In this document: one piece after another, positions 7,057-16,992 of the stretch
Layout of the letters: each line of letters opens with the position of its first letter
Position numbering within the stretch: the stretch's first letter is position 1
Origin: an uncultured delta proteobacterium
GTDB lineage: Bacteria > Desulfobacterota > RBG-13-43-22
Direction: 5' to 3'
NCBI GenBank assembly: GCA_963716045.1
Contig: CAVQSS010000012.1
Span: 66,482 to 130,481, forward strand
DNA: 64,000 nucleotides
Notes under the pieces: model-generated
Seen by the model: the letters and a program-made list of their open reading frames with translations, nothing else
Told to the model about the DNA's origin: nothing
Database searches by the model: none
Program-made: the position numbers and the translations under genes

Positions 7057-10044
7057 ATGGAGAATTGTCCCGTGAAAGGAGCTCTTAGTCTTATGTCACA
7101 ACTGGTCTTTATTGCCGCAATGCTCTTTGGAGCCGCTTTCCTCCCCAGCACTTCCTTGGCTGATGGCCGGGTAATAACGAATATCGACGGGTTGTCTTTG
7201 AATCCAAGCGCGATCGGCGCAAATTTTATTAGTGATACAGGATATAACACATCGGCGACCGATCGATCGAACAACTATGTGTATCAGGCTGCCGGCAAAA
7301 TGGAGTTTGTGCTGCGAGCTGAATTTCATTTCAGTTATGGGGTTCCCGATGGCTGCTTTTTAGCGGGCGAAACCCTCGAAGTGTTGGCTGTGGATTTTGT
7401 CACGGCGGACGCCCAGCATGCTCATGTAAGCACAGTCGATCCATCAACAGTGTCTGTTACGACAAACGGCAACGTGGCCGAGATTCGTTTTCCTTTTGAC
7501 CCGTACGATCCGGCAAATGGCGGCAGTGGTTTACCAAAGAGGTACTATGAAATCGTTCCCAAGGTCACGTTGCGCGGAACAGCGACCTATGGAAACCTTG
7601 CCTGTACGCCATTTTCGCCTCTTCCGTATACCGCGACGCTGGAAACCGGGCTGGTTCTTTTTCCAACCAAATATATGGTGACGGAGATCGACGAACAGGA
7701 CCGGGTGGTGAAGGTAAAACTCTCGTCCTTTAGTCTTGTTGCTGCCAATGTTTACCTTGGTGTTGGCTTTACGGAAAAGCCGGTGATTGGAGAGGTAATC
7801 CGCCCCAGCTCCGCTGGGGGGAAAATGATCTTTAGCCCCAGCCAGGCTGCCACCGAGGAATACTGGGGGGGCGGAAGTCTCGCCTGGTATGGGCAGGCGC
7901 GGTTTAACTACTATACTCCCGAACAATTTGTGCGCGTTCCGGCAGTCGATCCACCCCTTCCCGCTGACCTGGATAATCCCGTCGATCCCTCGGCGAGCAC
8001 TGCGGAGATTAGCGACAACGTGGCTATTGTTGCCGAAGCCGAAGCACAGTTGCGCTATGAAACACTGGTCAAAAATTACTTTGTGAATATCGATACAGTT
8101 GATGGAGATGTTACCGCCAAGATGCCGGGCGAAATATCTTATTCGTTGTTTCCCCGAAACACCAAATTTCCGCCGGGAACGATCCTCAGGCTTCGTTCGT
8201 CATTTGATCCCCTAAACAATCTTGTTTTGCCCTACGTCAAACTTTCCTTCTACGACCGTTCTTCAGGCGAAGCGCAGGGGGTGGGGCTGCCTTACGAGAG
8301 TCAGAACTCCGGGGTTTACCTGCGGCTGGGGGCTAAGGGTATCGAGGAGAACAGGGACTGTAATATTTTTGCCGACTTTTCGAACTTTGTCAAAGAGTCA
8401 ACCGAAAACCCGGCCGAGTTGGCGCGCTTTGCTTTCATTCAAGGCGCCGGTTTTGCGGCCGCTACGGCGTTTGGCCCGATGGGTTTTTTGGCTAAAGCCG
8501 CCGGAGGCACGACGATGAAGTATGTGCTGAACAAAGCGCTGGACTACCCCGCCCCGCTACTCAACCCGTTAAGACTTAAGGTCCCTAATCCCTGGCAAGG
8601 AGGTGTTGATTCTTCCGGGAACCAGAGCAGTTACTTAATTGAAGGATATCTAAGCAGCGATGGTTCCGTAAAAGTCGCTGGCCGGGCGGGTTCGGTTGTT
8701 GCCAAAAGCAGCAGTGCCTCTGCGATCATTCCCTTTGGCACCCAAGTCATTTTTAATTCTTCCACCATGCTTCCGGGTGCTCCCCAGCGGATTCCAAACC
8801 TTCCGAGCGGGAATCTGCTGCCGATCGAGATTAAACCGGCAAGTGGAGAGACGCTCGATTCTACTCTAGGCTGCGTCCGCATTAACTATCCGCTGGCTAG
8901 TACCATTCCGAGTTTTCTTAATTCACTGACGGTCCGCCTCAATCAGGTGCTCATAAGCGATAATCTATACCCGGGGGACTTTGACCGCCAGTTTATCTTC
9001 CAGATTTCGCAGGGAGCTGTTTACTGCCCCCGTGCGGAAACGCCGCTTGCGCTTGGCGCCAACACCGTCAAGGCTTCAATTACTACCATGGGCGGCCGGC
9101 GCAGCACCGCTTTTTCCCAGTTTCAAGTTAGCACCCCAGTGCTGCCACTCCCGCAGAACGTTACGGTTTTTGCGGGAACGAGCCGGGTGGCGCTTACCTG
9201 GCGCGGCGGAAATAATCCGCAGATATTTGGCTATCGGATTTATCGTTCGGCTTCAGCCGCTGATGGTTTTACCTTGCTCGATAATATCAGCGGAAATCCC
9301 GGAGTGTATTTTGATTCATCGCCGCTGGCACAGGGATATTATTATCTAACCGCGGTCGATGCGAAGGACAACGCGAGTGCCGCGTCGGCGACGGTCTCGG
9401 CGCAGCTTGGCGGTACAGGAATTGCGCCCCAGCTCGGCGCTAACACCATTACGGCGCGGGCCGGCGAGGCTAAGGTTGCTTTTTCACAAAGTGATGTTCC
9501 CGTAAAGACGATCGCCTGGCAAATCGAGCGCGGCAGTTCGGCTTCGGGCCCCTTTGCCCTTCTTCCGCAGGGGCTGGTTAAGGCCGGCAGCTATGTTGAT
9601 ACAACGGTTCAAAACGGGACGACCTATTTCTATCGCCTAACTCCGGTCGGAGTTGATGCGCTATCGGGCGCCGCTTCCGTGTTTGGCCCGCTTAATCCGT
9701 TGGATGGAGCCCCGGCACGACCCGTGGGCTTGAGTTTGGAGGTAGCAGCGGGCCAGGCCTTGATCGAGTGGAATCCCCCGCTGGAGCAAGATGTGGTCGG
9801 GTATACTGTTTACCGGCAAGCCTATGGCGAAACCAGCGGTCAGAAGCGAACCTCGGCGTTAATACCCGGGACCTCGTTTTATGATTCGGTGGAACTCAAT
9901 CAAGTTTACACTTGGTGGGTCACAGCGGTTGACGCCGCTGTTCATGAAAGCGCCCCCAGTGAATTTTTGCAGGCGAGCACGTGGGTGTTTCAGTCACCGA
10001 ATTTGCCAAATGTCCTCCTTTTCCTGCCTTTAATTCTAAATTAG
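7057..10044 (+). CDS. Large secreted protein with three C-terminal fibronectin type III domains
   Basis: 995-aa ORF with a signal-like MSQLVFIAAMLFGAAFLPSTSLA (the ATG at 7093 with an AAAGGAG RBS is the likelier start). Three FN3-like repeats are present (..ALTWRGG..GYRIYRS..YYYLTAVD; ..IAWQIERG..YFYRLTPV; ..LIEWNPP..GYTVYRQ..YTWWVTAVD). Confidence 0.75.
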   Translation: MENCPVKGALSLMSQLVFIAAMLFGAAFLPSTSLADGRVITNIDGLSLNPSAIGANFISDTGYNTSATDRSNNYVYQAAGKMEFVLRAEFHFSYGVPDGCFLAGETLEVLAVDFVTADAQHAHVSTVDPSTVSVTTNGNVAEIRFPFDPYDPANGGSGLPKRYYEIVPKVTLRGTATYGNLACTPFSPLPYTATLETGLVLFPTKYMVTEIDEQDRVVKVKLSSFSLVAANVYLGVGFTEKPVIGEVIRPSSAGGKMIFSPSQAATEEYWGGGSLAWYGQARFNYYTPEQFVRVPAVDPPLPADLDNPVDPSASTAEISDNVAIVAEAEAQLRYETLVKNYFVNIDTVDGDVTAKMPGEISYSLFPRNTKFPPGTILRLRSSFDPLNNLVLPYVKLSFYDRSSGEAQGVGLPYESQNSGVYLRLGAKGIEENRDCNIFADFSNFVKESTENPAELARFAFIQGAGFAAATAFGPMGFLAKAAGGTTMKYVLNKALDYPAPLLNPLRLKVPNPWQGGVDSSGNQSSYLIEGYLSSDGSVKVAGRAGSVVAKSSSASAIIPFGTQVIFNSSTMLPGAPQRIPNLPSGNLLPIEIKPASGETLDSTLGCVRINYPLASTIPSFLNSLTVRLNQVLISDNLYPGDFDRQFIFQISQGAVYCPRAETPLALGANTVKASITTMGGRRSTAFSQFQVSTPVLPLPQNVTVFAGTSRVALTWRGGNNPQIFGYRIYRSASAADGFTLLDNISGNPGVYFDSSPLAQGYYYLTAVDAKDNASAASATVSAQLGGTGIAPQLGANTITARAGEAKVAFSQSDVPVKTIAWQIERGSSASGPFALLPQGLVKAGSYVDTTVQNGTTYFYRLTPVGVDALSGAASVFGPLNPLDGAPARPVGLSLEVAAGQALIEWNPPLEQDVVGYTVYRQAYGETSGQKRTSALIPGTSFYDSVELNQVYTWWVTAVDAAVHESAPSEFLQASTWVFQSPNLPNVLLFLPLILN

Positions 10045-10953
10045 GCCGGATCATCATGGCAACCGAGCTCTCTCCGGGTGATCGATAAATTCGCCTAAAG
10101 AAGATGTATTGGACAACAGGAAAAGGAAAAATATAATGGGAGACAAGGGCAGTAAAAAAGATGTGGCCCGAATTTATTTAGGCGGCCGCCTTCAAATGAG
10201 AACCCTTATCTTTTGAAGGATCTCGCGCAACCGTTCAAGGTGCCTAAAACCTTGACCCGTCGCAGGGAGAGTTTTAGCATCATCTCAGAGACGAAACCCC
10301 CTGCCGCTGTTCTTGAGACGCTTAAAGGTCCTTGAGTCCAATGCCGAGGTTCTATTTCAACGGGAGGTATGCCCGTGATGGAATATTCCTAACGATAATT
10401 GTTTATCTCTGGATCTACCTCTTCCGAGGACTTGTAGGGTATGCCGTGTAAAACGTATGACTTGTTGGTTAAAGTCCGACCGTGGGAGTTCGGTAGTTCG
10501 CCCACGTAGCTTGAGGGAGGTGTAAAGGGTAACCTGAAGCACTAAGTTCCTTGACAAAGGCTCCTTTGGGGAGTTGAGCAAACCTGCGGGTTGCAGCGCA
10601 AGCGAACCTGGATGTAGCCTCGAAACACTAGATGGAGTTGTCGACCCTTTCCTACAGTGGGAAAGACCGGTGCATCTATCCTAACCATAACTACCATAAC
10701 CGATAGATGGGCTCCCGGGGTAACAGGGGTGACACGCAGGGGCAGCCATACGACAATAAGCACGGGAGGCCCTGGTCGATGCCTATCAGGCAACGGGTAA
10801 ATATAAGGAGACGAAATTTTACCGGGTCGGCCAGGGAGTCGGAGTTGCCCATAGTACCGCATGGATCTCAAGGACAACATAACCTTGGGAGAGGGAAGGG
10901 GCAATACTTTTATCACGTTTCAGAAGAAGTAAAGGAAAGGGGATTGCACGGAA

Positions 10954-12276
10954 GTGCTGAAAACTCCAGAGAAGATCCGGGAACTTCAGAGGAAACTATA
11001 CCGGAAGGCCAAGCAAGAGAAGGAGTACCGTTTCTATCTTCTCTATGACAAGATTTACAGGCTGGACATCCTGAACCAGGCCTACAGACTTGTCAAAGCG
11101 AACAGGGGAGCACCGGGAATCGACGGTGAAACCTTTGAACGTATCGGGGAGAGAGAAGGAGGAGTCGAGAAGTATCTGGAAGAGATTGCCGGGGAACTGA
11201 AGCGGAAAGACTACAAACCACAGGCTGTCCGTAGGGTCTACATTCCTAAGGCAGCCGGAGGCAAAAGACCGTTGGGAATACCGGTGATTAAAGACAGGGT
11301 AGTACAGATGGCTATGAAGATAGTAATCGAGCCTATCTTCGAAGCTGACTTTCAGGATAACTCGTACGGATTCAGGCCGAAGCGGAGTGCCCATCAGGCG
11401 GTGGATGATGTAAAGAACCATCTCTTTGAAGGCAAGACAGACGTAATCGATGCTGACATCTCCAAGTACTTCGATACCATACCTCATGACAGACTGATGC
11501 AGTTGGTGGCCAAACGCATCGTGGATAAGCAGATATTGAAACTTATCAAGATGTGGCTCAGGGCGCCAATTGTGGAGGAACGTGAAGATGGCAAGAAAGA
11601 GTACAAAGGGAATGACAAAGGGACACCGCAGGGAGGGGTAATATCTCCTCTGCTCGCCAATATCTACCTGAATGTACTTGACACCCTATGGTTGGCCAAG
11701 AAAGTACAGGAGAAACTGGGGGCAAGGCTGGTCAGGTATGCCGATGACTGTGTTATACTGTGCCGAGGCAATACCGACCGAATTCTGAAGTGGGTGAAGA
11801 GGGTTCTTGATGATCTTGGCCTCACGCTGAATGAGGAAAAGACTCGTATTGTGGATGCACGCCAGGAGAGTTTTAAATTTCTTGGATTCACCATAGGAAT
11901 GAAGCGAGGAATAAGAACCGGAAGAAGCTACACCCACATCGAGCCGTCTAAGAAAGCACTGGAACATATACGATCAGAAATTAAGCGCTTGACAACTGAG
12001 CGTTACAGTGCAGTGCCGACGGAAGACGTGATCCGGAAAGTTAATGAAGTCGCCAGAGGATGGGTAGGCTACTTTCGCTATGGCAATTGTACAAAAGCCA
12101 TGTCTTCTTTGAGATATTACCTGGGCTACAGAATGCGGATCTACCTGCGCCGGAAACACCACTACCACAGTCTTGGGTATAAGGCATATCCGGACAGGTA
12201 CTATTACGATACGTTAGGTCTGTACGAGGTTCCAACCAAGGCTCCATGGACTCAATCAGCGAAAGCGTCCGGATGA
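10954..12276 (+). CDS. ltrA: Group II intron reverse transcriptase/maturase (no endonuclease domain)
   Basis: 440 aa. RT motifs RGAPGIDG, RRVYIPKAAGGKRPLGIP, PQGGVISPLLANIYL and YADDCVILC, plus the maturase X-domain GWVGYFRYGN. No C-terminal HNH-type Cys/His cluster. GTG start. Confidence 0.92.
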   Translation: MLKTPEKIRELQRKLYRKAKQEKEYRFYLLYDKIYRLDILNQAYRLVKANRGAPGIDGETFERIGEREGGVEKYLEEIAGELKRKDYKPQAVRRVYIPKAAGGKRPLGIPVIKDRVVQMAMKIVIEPIFEADFQDNSYGFRPKRSAHQAVDDVKNHLFEGKTDVIDADISKYFDTIPHDRLMQLVAKRIVDKQILKLIKMWLRAPIVEEREDGKKEYKGNDKGTPQGGVISPLLANIYLNVLDTLWLAKKVQEKLGARLVRYADDCVILCRGNTDRILKWVKRVLDDLGLTLNEEKTRIVDARQESFKFLGFTIGMKRGIRTGRSYTHIEPSKKALEHIRSEIKRLTTERYSAVPTEDVIRKVNEVARGWVGYFRYGNCTKAMSSLRYYLGYRMRIYLRRKHHYHSLGYKAYPDRYYYDTLGLYEVPTKAPWTQSAKASG

Positions 12277-12287
12277 AGATAATCGGA

Positions 12288-12321
12288 AAGCCGTATTCGG
12301 GAAAACCGAACGTACGGTTTG
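12288..12321 (+). ncRNA. Group II intron domain V
   Basis: AAGCCGTATTCGGGAAAACCGAACGTACGGTTT has an AGC triad, a 9-bp lower helix, a bulge on the 3' strand, a 4-bp upper helix and a GAAA-type loop. Confidence 0.8.
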
Positions 12322-12563
12322 ATGAGGGGGAACTGGAAACCTCTGACCGCTACAGTTTTTAGTAGATGCGTGCATCGAAAAGTTCAAAAGCGGCCCCAGC
12401 CCGGCGCCAGCTCTCTACTCTACTGGAAGCGGTGAGCAGCCACTTGACGGGTTTTTGAATGGGTGCCGAAAACACCAGAACCTTCTGGAAGGGTCGATCG
12501 ATCCATGGGACGAATTTCCACGGCGTTCAGACTTTCAAGCTATCGTAAACATCTTTTCGATGA

Positions 12564-13637
12564 TTATAATGCGGGGGAATAAAATGCCGCCAGGAGATTC
12601 TTGATTATTTGCGCCGCAATGGGGTAGGTTTGGTCCAGACCCGCTTTCCGGGGGTTAAATTCGGTCAGATCCAGCCCGGCCAGCTTCACTCCTCTATCCA
12701 ATATATCCCTCAGGTATCCAATCAATCGAAAAAGCTGCGGTTCGTTGAGGCCCTGGCGGTCCAGGAAGCGGACGCCATCGAGGGCATTGCGGGCCCCGAT
12801 ATCCATATCCACCGAAACGTAGAGGTAGGCCGTCTTGATCCCTTCCAGGATTCGGCGAACCCGAGAGGGCGAACTCAATAGTTCGTCCTTGGTAACCAGG
12901 GTTACCCCGGCATTTTTCAGTTCCCGATAAAAATGGGTGTAATTTTTTATCCGCTCGTCTTTCAGTCGAAAGGCCTGCTGGGGGGGATAGTCGCTGATTC
13001 CCAGGAGGTAAAGGTTCCGGGGAAGGACGACCCTTTCGATCAGAAGGTCATAAAGAAAGGAGCCGGCATTATACGAATCGGGCCGACCGTATAGTAGGGG
13101 GTCTTCGGTATCATGCACCGAATCAGGGTTATTTTCCGCATCGTACTGGATGGCGGGGGCCAGGATGCTCATGGGCACGGCATCGATGTGGGAATCCAGG
13201 ACGACCAGGGCGGTTTCTTCCGGGGCGTGGCTTTCCGCCACCCGGCGATAGACTTCTCCCGTTAAGCAGTGATCCACGGCAATGAGGCAGGGGATATGGG
13301 GGAAAACCTCTTCTTCAACAAACCGGCCTACTTCTTCGGCCGTCTCCCGGCAGCCGTTTCGGTCGATGAAGGCGATGATTTCGGAGGAGGTCAATCGCGG
13401 TTTGCTGGAATCCGGTGGAAGGGGGTGAAGCCAGTCCGGGATTGGGATCAGCCCCTTGGATTCCCAGCGGTTGGGGTTAACCTCAGGGGTGACCAGGGAA
13501 AGAACGGATTGATAAGGGTCGATAAAGGTTTCCCTCCGGTCTATGGAAGCGAGCTTCTCCTGCAGGGCATCGTAGCGTTCGTCGCTGTCCAAGAGACAGC
13601 CGAAAAAAACCACTTTTTTGTCTAGGGGGTGCGTCAC
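12564..13637 (-). CDS. Arginase/agmatinase/formiminoglutamase-family (ureohydrolase) protein
   Basis: Mn-site-like motifs appear in order: AVDHC, LDSHIDAV (DxHxD), VSVDMDIG (SxDxDxxD) and DLTEFNP. Confidence 0.6.
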   Translation of the reverse strand: MTHPLDKKVVFFGCLLDSDERYDALQEKLASIDRRETFIDPYQSVLSLVTPEVNPNRWESKGLIPIPDWLHPLPPDSSKPRLTSSEIIAFIDRNGCRETAEEVGRFVEEEVFPHIPCLIAVDHCLTGEVYRRVAESHAPEETALVVLDSHIDAVPMSILAPAIQYDAENNPDSVHDTEDPLLYGRPDSYNAGSFLYDLLIERVVLPRNLYLLGISDYPPQQAFRLKDERIKNYTHFYRELKNAGVTLVTKDELLSSPSRVRRILEGIKTAYLYVSVDMDIGARNALDGVRFLDRQGLNEPQLFRLIGYLRDILDRGVKLAGLDLTEFNPRKAGLDQTYPIAAQIIKNLLAAFYSPAL

Positions 13638-13693
13638 GGCATCCAGATTCGAAATCCGGGGAAAAAGATTAAGACAATCTCTCGCAGAGCGCG

Positions 13694-13862
13694 CAGAGGA
13701 CGCAGAGAATACTTATTTTTTCATTGCCGGTGAGGGGTCGGCAATGAAAAACAGTCTCGGCGCTGTCGCGCATCCACGGCCGAAGGCCTGAGGAGGTTTT
13801 GGGCTGCCGTCCATCTCAACGGCAGCCCAAAAAAGATCTTTATCTGAGCCCTCTGCGTCCTC
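13694..13862. repeat. Intergenic element bounded by 12-14-nt inverted repeats, with two strong internal hairpins
   Basis: The arms are cagaggacgcagag (13694-13707) and ctctgcgtcctc (13851-13862). The internal hairpins are ttttcattgccg/cggcaatgaaaa and gggctgccgt/acggcagccc. T-runs precede and A-runs follow the hairpins, so these are not canonical terminators on either strand. Confidence 0.7.
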
Positions 13863-13907
13863 AAGCGAGTGAAGCGAGCGGGCGAAAGACAAAGGGATTA
13901 CCGTTAC

Positions 13908-14552
13908 TTATTTTACGGTAATTATATCCTTGATCTTGCCGAACTTGCCTTCTTTGATCCCTTTCACCTTCATCACATCCTCAATCTTGGTGTAGGGCCG
14001 TCCGTCGATGATGGCCTGAGCCAGGGCCGGTCCGATCTCCGGCAGGGCTTCCAGCGTGGCCTTGTCGGCCGAGTTGAGGTTCACTTTTTGACCGGGCGCC
14101 AGTTTGGGTGCCGCGGCTGTTTTTCCCTTTTCGGCAGGTTCCTTGGCTGGTTTTTCCTTGGCCACGGGTTCTTTAGCGGCTTTCTCTTTGGGGGCCGGGG
14201 TTTCTTTAGCCGGGGCAGCGGGAGCGGCGGCCTTGGCGGGGGCCGGGGCGGCCGCTGCCGGGCCCGCCGTCACCAGGGGCTTCAGCGTTTCAACGGCCTT
14301 ATCGTTTAAACCGGCTTTTTTTAACTCATCCGTGGATTTGTAAGGGCGACCGGCCACGATCTTCTTGGCCGTAGCCGGGCCCACGCCCGGGAGCCCTTCG
14401 AGGTCTTTTTCGGAGGCGCTGTTCAGATCGACGAGGGGTTTCTTCACTTGTCCCAGGGCAGGGTTGGAGTTTAGAAGCAAGCCGGTCGCCAGGACCAGGG
14501 TGAGTAAGAAGACCCAATTGAAATGCCGAAAAGCCAGACCATCTTTTTTCAT
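13908..14552 (-). CDS. ComEA-like protein with two helix-hairpin-helix DNA-binding modules and an Ala/Pro/Lys-rich linker
   Basis: Two HhH units are present (DLNSASEKDLEGLPGVGPATAKKIVAGRPYKSTDEL; NLNSADKATLEALPEIGPALAQAIIDGRPYTKIEDV), with a signal-like N-terminus. Confidence 0.75.
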   Translation of the reverse strand: MKKDGLAFRHFNWVFLLTLVLATGLLLNSNPALGQVKKPLVDLNSASEKDLEGLPGVGPATAKKIVAGRPYKSTDELKKAGLNDKAVETLKPLVTAGPAAAAPAPAKAAAPAAPAKETPAPKEKAAKEPVAKEKPAKEPAEKGKTAAAPKLAPGQKVNLNSADKATLEALPEIGPALAQAIIDGRPYTKIEDVMKVKGIKEGKFGKIKDIITVK

Positions 14553-14644
14553 AATTTCCCTCCTGTGTATAATTTTTGATTCGCTATCTTGGCGATGAAG
14601 TGCCTAAATTAATAAAATGGGTAGGGTTTAAAATAAATACCACG

Positions 14645-15058
14645 CTATGCCAGACCGGACTTAAAAACACTCAAAGCTTTTTCCAGCATGCCGGATTCCG
14701 GGACCGATCCGTCCGGGGTGAGCTTGTCGATAATCTGGGGCAGAAGACCGGCCAGGCCTCCAGACACCTCCTCGCTTGAAGTTCCCATCTTTTCGGCCAT
14801 TTGTTGGATCTGACCGTTGCCCAGGACCTCCTGTATCTGCTGGCCGGAGATGGGTAGGTTTTCCCCGGTACCAACCCAGGAAGACACGATATCGCCCAAC
14901 CCTTTACTGTTAAAGCTTTGAATCAATCCGGAAAGCCCCCCGCCCTGAGAACCGGACAGGAGATTGCCGACCATCCCCATAAGCGGATTCGAGCCTTCCC
15001 CGCCTAAAAAATTATTCGTCACTCCTTTTAACAGACCATCCAACAAGCCCATAAGCAC
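14645..15058 (-). CDS. YidB/DUF937 family protein
   Basis: The sequence GGLSGLIQSFNSKGLGDIVSSWVGTGENLPISGQQIQEVLG...LLPQIIDKLTPDG matches the YidB family pattern. Confidence 0.7.
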   Translation of the reverse strand: MLMGLLDGLLKGVTNNFLGGEGSNPLMGMVGNLLSGSQGGGLSGLIQSFNSKGLGDIVSSWVGTGENLPISGQQIQEVLGNGQIQQMAEKMGTSSEEVSGGLAGLLPQIIDKLTPDGSVPESGMLEKALSVFKSGLA

Positions 15059-15226
15059 TCCCAGTTTAAGAAAAGTGAGCCGAAGATGTTATCTTATCCC
15101 ATTTAGAAGCTTGTATACAACATCATAATATGAAAATAAAGTCGCTTCCTCCTGTCCTTGCGACCCCGGACTTGATCCGGGGGAAGCAACCCCCGGTTAG
15201 CTTATAACGATCCTCAAGCTCAATCG

Positions 15227-15262
15227 GGAGATTGCTTCGTCGCTTCGCTCTTCGCAATGACC
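15227..15262. repeat. Half-copy of the CATTGCGAG...GAAGCAATC palindromic repeat family
   Basis: ggagattgcttcgtcgcttcgctcttcgcaatgacc is nearly identical to 29544-29578. Confidence 0.8.
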
Positions 15263-15278
15263 GGTTATCCAATATTGC

Positions 15279-16271
15279 TCAGGGCGCTTCCCCTCCACTT
15301 TCGGTCCTTTCCAGAGATCCCCGACCCAAAGGCCAAAGGGATTTTAATCCCTGTTTCGTTTTCCCGGCCAGGGCGCTGCCCGCGGAGACGATTTTCTTCC
15401 CGGTGGCTTTGGTCAACGCCAGACCGATCTTCTGGGCGCCCTCCACGACGATAGCGCCCAATAATTTGGCTGCCTGGGCCGCGGCCTGCCTCCGGGCTTT
15501 CTTTTTTTCTATCCTCACCAGGGGGGCGCAGTACCAGGAGGTGATAATCCCCACCCTCAGGGTCAGGAAGGCGTTAGCCGTCCCATCCAGCGTGGCCGAT
15601 ACAAAGGGGGTGACCATGGCGCCTACGATGGGAACGGCAGTTATGCCGCTCATGGCCGATTCCACCAGGGGCTCCATCTGCTCGGAGAGGTCAATTTCCT
15701 CCAGGGCATAAGACATAAAAGCGGTAGCGGCCACATTGGAGTAAAGGTAGAGCAGGTCCCGGAGGGTGGGCCTTTGGTAATAGATCCCGGCGATGCGCCG
15801 GACCATGGTGATTTGGGCCGCCAGAACGATCAGCATGTCCAGGACGCCGTTTTGGGAAAGGGCGGTCCCCAGAAAGACCCGCTTGGCCCAATCCACGGAG
15901 ATTTGTTGCGCCTGGGCATGCAGTTTGGCGATGGCGCCCTCCAGTTCGGCAGCAGTACTGAGCGAGGATTCCATTAGAACCGGGTTGTCGGCCAGGCGTT
16001 TGCGGATCCGTTGGAGGTGCCGTTCAAAAGCGGGGCCGCTTTCCTCCTGGGGAGGGATAACCGGCTTGGGCAGCCGCAGGAAGGAGACCGCCGGGATCAG
16101 GACCAGGGCCAGGCCCAGGCCCAGGGCCAGAAAAGCGGCGATTCGCCCCAGGGTTTCGTTCACCCCGTAAAGCAATTGAACCACCCCGGCCAATTGGGCC
16201 GTCAGGAAGATTAAAAAGACGGCCAGAATAACCACCGCGAAGGCGGCCAGTCCGATTTTGGTTTTGTTCAT
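15279..16271 (-). CDS. DUF697/YcjF-like inner-membrane protein
   Basis: 330 aa with several TM segments. The central GTALSQNGVLDMLIVLAAQITMVRRIAGIYYQRP region resembles the DUF697 family. Assigned from memory of the family pattern only. Confidence 0.45.
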   Translation of the reverse strand: MNKTKIGLAAFAVVILAVFLIFLTAQLAGVVQLLYGVNETLGRIAAFLALGLGLALVLIPAVSFLRLPKPVIPPQEESGPAFERHLQRIRKRLADNPVLMESSLSTAAELEGAIAKLHAQAQQISVDWAKRVFLGTALSQNGVLDMLIVLAAQITMVRRIAGIYYQRPTLRDLLYLYSNVAATAFMSYALEEIDLSEQMEPLVESAMSGITAVPIVGAMVTPFVSATLDGTANAFLTLRVGIITSWYCAPLVRIEKKKARRQAAAQAAKLLGAIVVEGAQKIGLALTKATGKKIVSAGSALAGKTKQGLKSLWPLGRGSLERTESGGEAP

Positions 16272-16317
16272 AGCGATAAAGTATCTTCGGATAAAAATAA
16301 GGGTCTTTGAAATTTAC

Positions 16318-16346
16318 TTGACGGTCGGTAATCTCATCCTTACTAT
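16318..16346 (+). promoter_or_regulatory. Candidate sigma70-type promoter for the PPIase gene
   Basis: TTGACG (16318-16323), a 17-nt spacer and TACTAT (16341-16346). An AAGGAG RBS lies at 16368-16373. Confidence 0.3.
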
Positions 16347-16379
16347 AGCCATACAAAAATCTTCGTTAAGGAGTATCAC

Positions 16380-16985
16380 ATGAAAAGCCTATTGAAAAGA
16401 CTTCTTTGTATCCCCTTATGCCTGATTCCGTTTCTGGTTATGGCCGAAACCCGATTTAAAAATTATTCCAAGGAGGAAATTAAAAAGATGACGGATACCA
16501 CGGCAGTTATTGAGACCAAATTTGGTAAGATCGAAATCAAGTTTTTCCCGGAAGTTGCGCCGAATCATGTGAATAATTTCATTGAACTGGCCAAAAAAGG
16601 ATTCTATGACGGGACCACCTTCCACCGGGTCATTCCGGGGTTCATGATCCAGGGAGGCGATCCTAATTCCAAAGATCCCGACCGTAAGAAACACGGGATG
16701 GGTGGGCCGGGGTATGCCGTGAAAGCCGAATTCAACCAGACGCCTCACAAACGGGGCATACTTTCCATGGCCCGGTCATCCGATCCCGACAGCGCTGGGT
16801 CCCAGTTTTTCATCTGCGTGGCCGACGCCCCTTTTCTCGACCGGCAATACACGGCCTTCGGGCAGGTGACCTCCGGAATGGAGGCGGTGGATAAGGTTGT
16901 CGGGCAACCCCGGGACAAGCAGGACAATCCGCTGGAGCGGGTGGAAATTAAAGTCCTCCTGATCGAAAAGCCGGCACAAAAATAG
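16380..16985 (+). CDS. Cyclophilin-type peptidyl-prolyl cis-trans isomerase, exported
   Basis: FHRVIPGFMIQGGDP, GILSMARS and SQFFI motifs, with an N-terminal signal-like segment. Confidence 0.9.
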   Translation: MKSLLKRLLCIPLCLIPFLVMAETRFKNYSKEEIKKMTDTTAVIETKFGKIEIKFFPEVAPNHVNNFIELAKKGFYDGTTFHRVIPGFMIQGGDPNSKDPDRKKHGMGGPGYAVKAEFNQTPHKRGILSMARSSDPDSAGSQFFICVADAPFLDRQYTAFGQVTSGMEAVDKVVGQPRDKQDNPLERVEIKVLLIEKPAQK

Positions 16986-16992
16986 TCAGGTT

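Larger units (their letters stand above)
10240..12353 (+). mobile_element. Group II intron (intergenic). The 3' end is approximate and the 5' end is unresolved.
   Basis: An RT/maturase ORF is embedded in structured non-coding RNA. A canonical domain V lies at 12288-12321, followed by a domain-VI-like hairpin and ...CTAC at about 12353. GTGCC at 10240 is the best GUGYG-like 5' candidate, but the true 5' end could lie up to about 200 nt further in. Confidence 0.8.

Noticed and set aside
9985-10044. The hydrophobic C-terminal tail (..SPNLPNVLLFLPLILN) of the FN3 protein as a PEP-CTERM or other sorting signal.
   Set aside because: It lacks the PEP motif and the terminal basic cluster. No exosortase or sortase gene is nearby.
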